NCBI GenBank assembly: GCA_046757665.1
Contig: JBHHYO010000045.1
Span: 1 to 22,455, forward strand
DNA from: Nitrospinales bacterium
GTDB lineage: Bacteria > Nitrospinota > Nitrospinia > Nitrospinales > JAJDAT01
Reading direction: 5' to 3'
DNA: 22,455 bases
Shown: in pieces, positions 16,934 to 22,455 of the stretch
How positions within the stretch are numbered: position 1 is the stretch's first letter
Layout of the letters: each line of letters begins with the position of its first letter
Made by a program: the position numbers and the translations under genes
Notes under the pieces: generated by a model
What the model was told of the DNA's origin: nothing
The model's database searches: none
What the model saw: the letters and a program-made list of their open reading frames with translations, nothing else

Positions 16934-18511
16934 TCCATGTACGAATCCTTTTACGGACTAAAGGAAAAACCCTTCAGTCTGACACCCGATCCGAAGTTTA
17001 TTTATTTAAGCAAGCATCATCAGGGCGCGCTGGACCACATGCTGTACGGCATCCGGCAGAAGGAAGGTTTTATGACCATCGTCGGCGACGTCGGCACCGG
17101 CAAGACCACGCTGTGCCGTTGCCTGCTGGACCGCCTGGACGACAGTGTCCAGGTGGCGTTGATTCTGAATCCCATGGTTTCCGACATCGATCTGCTACGC
17201 ACCTGCCTGCATGACCTGGGAGTGCGGCCGGTTCACGCCGGGCGCAAGCTGGTTGCCGCCGTGCCCGCGGGCGATGCGTCTGCGGAACAAGACGCAGGCC
17301 CCGCCGAGGACTCCGCCGAGGACTTCTCGTGGATCAATACACTTTCCAAAAAGGAACTGCTCGACACGCTCAACGCCTTCCTGTTGCAACAGCACCGGGA
17401 AGGCAAATCGACCGTCCTGATTATCGACGAAGCCCAGAACTTGTCGCTGGACGTCCTCGAACAGTTGCGTATCCTTTCCAACCTGGAAACGGAAAAAGAC
17501 AAACTGTTGCAGATCATCTTTGTCGGCCAGCTGGAATTGAACGACAAACTGGCCCTGCCGGAATTGAAGCAGTTGAACCAGCGCATTTCGATCCGCTACC
17601 GGATCGCCCCTCTTTCCAGGGAAGAAACGCGGCGCTACATCACACATCGGTTGATGGTAGCCGGCGCCAACGCGGGCATTCGTTTTACCCGGTCGTCCCT
17701 GAACGCCGTTTACAACTATTCGCGGGGGTACCCGCGGTTGATCAACCTGTCGTGCGACCGGGCCTTGCTGGCGGGGTTCAACGCCCAGGTGGACACCATT
17801 GATGCCGGCCACGTCAAGCGGGGCATTCGGAGCTTGCACGACAGCGATGAGACGGGCGGTTGGCTTCGCCGGGTTTTCATGGACCGCTTGTCCCTGGCGG
17901 CTTCCATTTTATTTTTTCTCGCCGGCCTGGCCTTTTTCATGATGGGCGGCAATGATCCGGCGGGCGGCAAAACGGCAGACCTCTCGCCGCGCCTCAAAAC
18001 TCCCGACACCGCTCCAGCGCCCGCGCAACAACCGCCTGTCGCGGCAACCGTGGCGGCACAAACCGAACCCGCCGACAATTACCGTATCCAGGTTTACGCC
18101 CTCAGCCAGCAGAACCTTGCGGAAAAAAATGTCCGCCAACTGCGCGAGGAAGGCTATGTCGCCTATTGGAAAAAGATCGAATCCTCCGGTCACACCTGGT
18201 TCGTGGTGTATGTCGGTCCGTTCCAGAATATCGAATCGGCCAAGACGCGCCTCGCGTTATTGAGACAATCCGGGCGGGAATCCATCCTGCTGTCCGTACC
18301 CAAGACAGGCAGGAAAGCCCGGCCATGAGCCTGATCGCAGACAGCCTTAAAAAGGCGCTGAAAATCAAGGAGACCCCCGACTCCACGCCGCCGGCGTCCA
18401 GCCTCCTCAGCCGCCCGGATGTTTTAAAAAGCTTCCGCGCGGCGGACCTGCGGAAGTATCTGTTGCCGGGGATTGCCGTGGCCATGTCGGTGGCGTATCT
18501 CATTTATTCAG
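16934..18511 (+). repeat. Direct repeat copy A (ExeA gene plus 5' part of TPR gene), homologous to 20881-22455
   Basis: Near-identical DNA from TCCATGTACGAATCC to TATCTCATTTATTCAG in both copies. Confidence 0.95.
16937..18328 (+). CDS. ExeA/MshM-family AAA ATPase with TM helix and C-terminal SPOR domain (copy 1)
   Basis: MYESFYGLKEKPFSLTPDP, Walker A GDVGTGKT, Walker B IIDEAQNL, LEQLRILSNLET, VGQLEL, GYPRLINLSCDRAL; C-terminal YRIQV...WFVVYVGPF SPOR motif. Confidence 0.93.
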   Translation: MYESFYGLKEKPFSLTPDPKFIYLSKHHQGALDHMLYGIRQKEGFMTIVGDVGTGKTTLCRCLLDRLDDSVQVALILNPMVSDIDLLRTCLHDLGVRPVHAGRKLVAAVPAGDASAEQDAGPAEDSAEDFSWINTLSKKELLDTLNAFLLQQHREGKSTVLIIDEAQNLSLDVLEQLRILSNLETEKDKLLQIIFVGQLELNDKLALPELKQLNQRISIRYRIAPLSREETRRYITHRLMVAGANAGIRFTRSSLNAVYNYSRGYPRLINLSCDRALLAGFNAQVDTIDAGHVKRGIRSLHDSDETGGWLRRVFMDRLSLAASILFFLAGLAFFMMGGNDPAGGKTADLSPRLKTPDTAPAPAQQPPVAATVAAQTEPADNYRIQVYALSQQNLAEKNVRQLREEGYVAYWKKIESSGHTWFVVYVGPFQNIESAKTRLALLRQSGRESILLSVPKTGRKARP

Positions 18512-19563
18512 GTGCGTTTCAGAAGTTCGGCCCCATCCTGTCGCATTTGCCGCTGGGTCAGATGTTGGGTGTTTCCAAGGATAAACCAGCGCCGCCTTTG
18601 CCGACGCCACAACCCCGGCCCATTGTTTCCCAACCCAAGCCCGCGCCGCCGGCGGTTCAGGCGCCCGCAACAACGGTGGAGCCTTTTGTTCCGCCCCTGA
18701 AATTTTCCGAACCTGTTCTTGCCCCTGTTGCCGAACAGGCCGTTTTGCCGACGCTTCCGGTTTTGCCTCCCGTCCGGGACGAAGTTGATCTGCCGCCCCA
18801 GGTGGTCGTCAAACGAACGCCCCGGAAACGAGCGGCCAGAAAACCGGTGAAAAAGAAGGTGGCGCCTCCCAAAACCTTCTTCGAACCCGAAAGGGAGCAA
18901 CAGCACGCGGTCCTGCTCACCCTGCTTCCTCCGTCGAAAGAGCCGAACGTGGCATTCTCCGAAACGCCGACGCCGGAAATCTTCAAGAACAGCAACTACT
19001 ATTTCAACCTGGGAATTTTTCATCACCAGGCGGGCGAGTGGAAAAAAGCTCTGGCGGATTACAACCGGGCCGCCGAGCTGAGCCCTGCCGATCCCGAAAT
19101 CCATAACAACATCGGCCTGATTTACAAGGAGCGGAAGGCATACGACGCGGCGATCGAGCAGTTCATGCGGGCGTTGTTCATTGATCCCAACTTCGCCAAG
19201 GCCTACAACAACATCGGCGTTGTTTACTACAACCTCGGCGACTTCCAGAGGGCCGTCGCCAATTATCAAAAAGCCGTTCAAATCAATCCCAAAAACCTGG
19301 AAACCTATAACAACCTGGGAGTGATTTACAAAAAACAGGAGCAGTTGAAAAAAGCCGAATCGGTATTCACCAAGGCGTATTCCCTGAACCCGAAACATCC
19401 CGGCACCAATTACAACCTGGCCCTGCTTTACGAAGAAATGAACCGCAGGCAGTCGGCCATTTACTTTTACCGGCGGTTCGTCAAGCTGGGCGCGGACACC
19501 CATCCCGTCCTGGTAAGCAAGGTAAAAGCCCACCTGAAAAGCCTTGGCGCCAGTGTGGGATAA
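18325..19563 (+). CDS. Membrane-anchored TPR protein (MshN/ExeB-like N-terminus), copy 1
   Basis: The likely start is the ATG at 18325 (ATGA overlap with the ExeA stop); MSLIADSLKKAL, TM helix, Pro-rich linker, about five TPRs (YFNLG, HNNIG, YNNIG, YNNLG, YNLA). Confidence 0.88.
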   Translation: MSLIADSLKKALKIKETPDSTPPASSLLSRPDVLKSFRAADLRKYLLPGIAVAMSVAYLIYSGAFQKFGPILSHLPLGQMLGVSKDKPAPPLPTPQPRPIVSQPKPAPPAVQAPATTVEPFVPPLKFSEPVLAPVAEQAVLPTLPVLPPVRDEVDLPPQVVVKRTPRKRAARKPVKKKVAPPKTFFEPEREQQHAVLLTLLPPSKEPNVAFSETPTPEIFKNSNYYFNLGIFHHQAGEWKKALADYNRAAELSPADPEIHNNIGLIYKERKAYDAAIEQFMRALFIDPNFAKAYNNIGVVYYNLGDFQRAVANYQKAVQINPKNLETYNNLGVIYKKQEQLKKAESVFTKAYSLNPKHPGTNYNLALLYEEMNRRQSAIYFYRRFVKLGADTHPVLVSKVKAHLKSLGASVG

Positions 19564-19684
19564 CTTCCGCCGGGGGCCTTGCGAGAGAAATCATTTCGTT
19601 CAACGAATTGCAAATTTTTACCGCCCGTCGATCCACTCCGGGTGATAGAATAGGGGGTAATGCCCCTTTTCCGGAGATCGTTGC

Positions 19685-20338
19685 GTGCGTGGTTTCAAAG
19701 CCTTCGTCAAAAAAAATTTCCTGACCGGTCTGTTGTTCACGGTTCCCGCCGCCCTGACATTTTTCCTGTTGTCTTTTGCCGTTTCCGGAACCGACCGGGC
19801 GCTGGCTCCGTTGGTCATCCGCCTGGCCGGAGCTGTCGGAATCGTTTTGCCGGAGCGGTTCGGCGTTCCGGGGCTCGGCTTTGCCGTCATTTTTTTGCTG
19901 ATATTCCTCGTGGGACTGGGCGCCACCAATTTCCTCGGAAAAAAACTCGTGGCCGCCGGAGACCTGCTGGTGAACCAGATTCCCTTTGTGCGTACGATTT
20001 ACGTGTCGATCAAAAAAATCGTCACAACGATTTCGCAAACTAAAACCCTTTCCTTCCAACAAGTCGTCCTTTTGGACTATCCCCGTCCGGGGTTGAAGGG
20101 CATCGGCATCGTCTCCTGCGATACCGGCGGCGAAATCGCCCACCGTTTGCAAGAAAACATGGTCAGCGTTTTCGTCCCCACAACGCCCAACCCGACGACC
20201 GGATTCCTGGTCATGCTACCGCGCGAGCGAGTCATTCCGCTGGATATTCCCGTGAATGACGGACTCAAGATGATCGTTTCGGTGGGCATGTTCAATCCGT
20301 CGGTGGCGGAAAAACCGGCAAACGACATCCCCGGATAA
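19685..20338 (+). CDS. DUF502 domain-containing membrane protein
   Basis: FLTGLL..VP, IPFVRTIY.SIK, FQQVVLLDYPRPG, VFVPTTPNPTTGFL and GLKMIVSVG; GGAG RBS before the GTG start. Confidence 0.92.
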   Translation: MRGFKAFVKKNFLTGLLFTVPAALTFFLLSFAVSGTDRALAPLVIRLAGAVGIVLPERFGVPGLGFAVIFLLIFLVGLGATNFLGKKLVAAGDLLVNQIPFVRTIYVSIKKIVTTISQTKTLSFQQVVLLDYPRPGLKGIGIVSCDTGGEIAHRLQENMVSVFVPTTPNPTTGFLVMLPRERVIPLDIPVNDGLKMIVSVGMFNPSVAEKPANDIPG

Positions 20339-20775
20339 GAAAGAGCGCAGGCCTCGGGTCAAAAACGATGTCCTCTCACCCGCCTGGACGCGCATTTTTT
20401 CCTCAATATCCCTCCGAACCGGTCCAGGAAGAATAATGCGGTATTTTTTGACAGGTTATCTGCCGGTTCAGGTCCTATCCGGATGGCGCCGGTAGCTTTT
20501 TCGGCCTGCATTGCCGGTTCATTTTGCATTTCCATCCGGCATTTCAAGGAGGCAGGGGCGGGTTTTTCCTTGATTTCCCGTCGTAACCCGCGACCAGCGA
20601 AACCCTCATTCATACACATAATAAACCCAGTACTTTCATAGGGTTAAGTAATACGTTCATCCTTGCGGATCGGCGCGGTTTCATGAAGGAAAAAGCACCT
20701 GAAAACATGAATCCGGCGCCTGAACAGCATGAAAGCAAATTTCCCCTGATATTTTGCCGAATTCGGGAAGATTTA

Positions 20776-20791
20776 TGGCTCGCTTTTTGCA
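20776..20791 (+). promoter_or_regulatory. Sigma54 (-24/-12) promoter upstream of ExeA copy 2
   Basis: TGGCTCGCTTTTTGCA matches TGGCACG-N4-TTGC(A/T) with one mismatch; GG (20777-78) and GC (20789-90) are exactly 10 nt apart; 92 bp upstream of the ATG at 20884. Confidence 0.65.
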
Positions 20792-20883
20792 ATATCTCTT
20801 GGCGACATGTATTCGACAAGGCAGAATGTGCCGCCACAAGTCTGATATTAACCCGTGAACCCGGACGTTTTGCGGAAAATTCC

Positions 20884-22272
20884 ATGTACGAATCCTTTTA
20901 CGGATTAAGGGAAAAACCCTTCAGCCTGACACCCGACCCGAAGTTTCTTTATTTAAGCAAGCATCATCAGGGCGCGCTGGACCACATGCTGTACGGCATC
21001 CGGCAGAAGGAAGGTTTTATGACCATCGTCGGCGACGTCGGCACCGGCAAGACCACGCTGTGCCGTTGCCTGCTGGACCGCCTGGACGACAGTGTCCAGG
21101 TGGCGTTGATTCTGAATCCCATGGTTTCCGACATCGATCTGTTACGCACCTGCCTGCATGACCTGGGGGTGCGGCCGGTTCACGCCGGGCGCAAGCTGGT
21201 TGCCGCCGTGCCCGCGGGCGCCGCGCTGGCGGAGCAAGACGACGCAGGCTTCGCCGATGACTTCGCCGGTGACTCCGCCGATGACTTCTCGTGGATCAAT
21301 ACACTTTCCAAAAAAGAACTGCTCGACGCGCTCAACGCCTTCCTGTTGAAACAGCACCGGGAAGGCAAATCGACCGTCCTGATTATCGACGAAACCCAGG
21401 ACTTGTCGCTGGACGTCCTCGAACAGTTGCGTATCCTTTCCAACCTGGAAACGGAAAAAGACAAACTGTTGCAGATCATCTTTGTCGGCCAGCTGGAATT
21501 GAACGACAAACTGGCCCTGCCGGAATTGAAGCAGTTGAACCAGCGCATTTCGATCCGCTACCGGATCGCCCCTCTTTCCAGGGAAGAAACGCGGCGCTAC
21601 ATCACACATCGGTTGATGGTAGCCGGCGCCAACGCGGGCATTCGTTTTACCCGGTCGTCCCTGAACGCCGTTTACAACTATTCGCGGGGGTACCCGCGGT
21701 TGATCAACCTGTCGTGCGACCGGGCCTTGCTGGCGGGGTTCAACGCCCAGGTGGACACCATTGATGCCGGCCACGTCAAGCGGGGCATTCGGAGCTTGCA
21801 CGACAGCGATGAGACGGGCGGTTGGCTTCGCCGGGTTTTCATGGACCGCTTGTCCCTGGCGGCTTCCATTTTATTTTTTCTCGCCGGCCTGGCCTTTTTC
21901 ATGATGGGCGGCAAAACGGCAGACCTCTCGCCGCGCCTCAAAACTCCCGACACCGCTCCAGCGCCCGCGCAACAACCGCCTGTCGCGGCAACCGTGGCGG
22001 CACAAACCGAATCCGCCGGCGATTACCGTATCCAGGTTTACGCCCTCAGCCAGCAGAACCTTGCGGAAAAAAAAGTTCGCCAACTGCGTGATGAAGGTTA
22101 TGCCGCTTATTGGAAAAAGATCGAATCCTCCGGCCACACCTGGTTCGTGGTGTACGTTGGCCCGTTCCAGAATATCGAATCGGCCAAGACGCGCCTCGCG
22201 TTATTGAAACAATCCGGGCGGGAAGCGATCCTGTTGTCCGTATACCAGGCAGGCGGGGAAGTTCGACCATGA
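20884..22272 (+). CDS. ExeA/MshM-family AAA ATPase with SPOR domain (copy 2, 462 aa)
   Basis: The start at 20884 (MYESFYG) matches copy 1; Walker A intact; Walker B region reads IIDETQDL. Confidence 0.92.
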   Translation: MYESFYGLREKPFSLTPDPKFLYLSKHHQGALDHMLYGIRQKEGFMTIVGDVGTGKTTLCRCLLDRLDDSVQVALILNPMVSDIDLLRTCLHDLGVRPVHAGRKLVAAVPAGAALAEQDDAGFADDFAGDSADDFSWINTLSKKELLDALNAFLLKQHREGKSTVLIIDETQDLSLDVLEQLRILSNLETEKDKLLQIIFVGQLELNDKLALPELKQLNQRISIRYRIAPLSREETRRYITHRLMVAGANAGIRFTRSSLNAVYNYSRGYPRLINLSCDRALLAGFNAQVDTIDAGHVKRGIRSLHDSDETGGWLRRVFMDRLSLAASILFFLAGLAFFMMGGKTADLSPRLKTPDTAPAPAQQPPVAATVAAQTESAGDYRIQVYALSQQNLAEKKVRQLRDEGYAAYWKKIESSGHTWFVVYVGPFQNIESAKTRLALLKQSGREAILLSVYQAGGEVRP

Positions 22273-22455
22273 GCCTGATCGCCGACAGCCTTAAAAAAGC
22301 GTTGCGAACCAGAGTGGCGGTTGACTTTGCACCGCCGGCGTTCAGTCTTCCCCGCCGGCAGGATGTTTCCAGAAGCTTTCGCGCAGAGGACCTGCGGAAA
22401 TATCTGTTGCCGGGGATTGCCGTGGCCATGTCGGTGGCGTATCTCATTTATTCAG
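22269..22455 (+). CDS. 5' part of a second MshN/ExeB-like TPR protein (truncated by window end)
   Basis: ATGA overlap with the ExeA copy 2 stop; MSLIADSLKKALRT...DLRKYLLPGIAVAMSVAYLIYS matches the 18325 gene. Confidence 0.85.
   Translation, partial: MSLIADSLKKALRTRVAVDFAPPAFSLPRRQDVSRSFRAEDLRKYLLPGIAVAMSVAYLIYS

Larger units (their letters stand above)
20881..22455 (+). repeat. Direct repeat copy B, homologous to 16934-18511; runs to the window end
   Basis: Near-identical to copy A, with localized indels and divergent patches. Confidence 0.95.

Noticed and set aside
18166-18324. N-terminal extension of the TPR ORF in the ORF track
   Set aside because: It overlaps the SPOR domain of ExeA; the ATGA-coupled start at 18325 (MSLIADSLKK) matches the family N-terminus and copy 2.
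20683-20883. 67-aa N-terminal extension of ExeA copy 2
   Set aside because: Homology to copy 1 and the family N-terminus start at 20884; the extension contains the putative sigma54 promoter.
16934-22455. Diversity-generating retroelement (template/variable repeat pair)
   Set aside because: Differences are not adenine-specific (many C/T synonymous changes and indels), the repeat is about 1.6 kb, and no reverse transcriptase is in the window.

Overview
GC-rich bacterial window with four parts. (1) A PhzF-family isomerase gene (62-862) and glnE (3105-6284) flank a visibly lower-GC, minus-strand type II restriction-modification pair: an SPPY-type amino-methyltransferase and a putative PD-(D/E)XK-like endonuclease. 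(2) A 752-aa Cys-rich secreted beta-solenoid protein is transcribed divergently from part 3. (3) An MSHA-like type IVa pilus/T2SS-family cluster: four minor pilins, a PilM-PilN fusion, PilO, a MshK/PilP-like protein, a MshL-like secretin, an ExeA/MshM AAA-SPOR protein and a TPR protein. (4) A DUF502 gene, then a second near-identical ExeA + TPR pair behind its own sigma54-type promoter, cut off by the window end. The most notable observations are: the PilX/MshP-like pilin and the divergent secreted protein carry paralogous copies of one Cys-framed beta-solenoid domain with different coil numbers; a palindromic GTCATTGCGAG...CTCGCGATGAC element sits in frame in a prepilin leader peptide, with a second intergenic copy next to a GTAG...CTAC REP-like palindrome; and the ExeA duplication is a mosaic with an altered post-Walker-B motif. 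All calls come from reading motifs by eye; no database searches were run.
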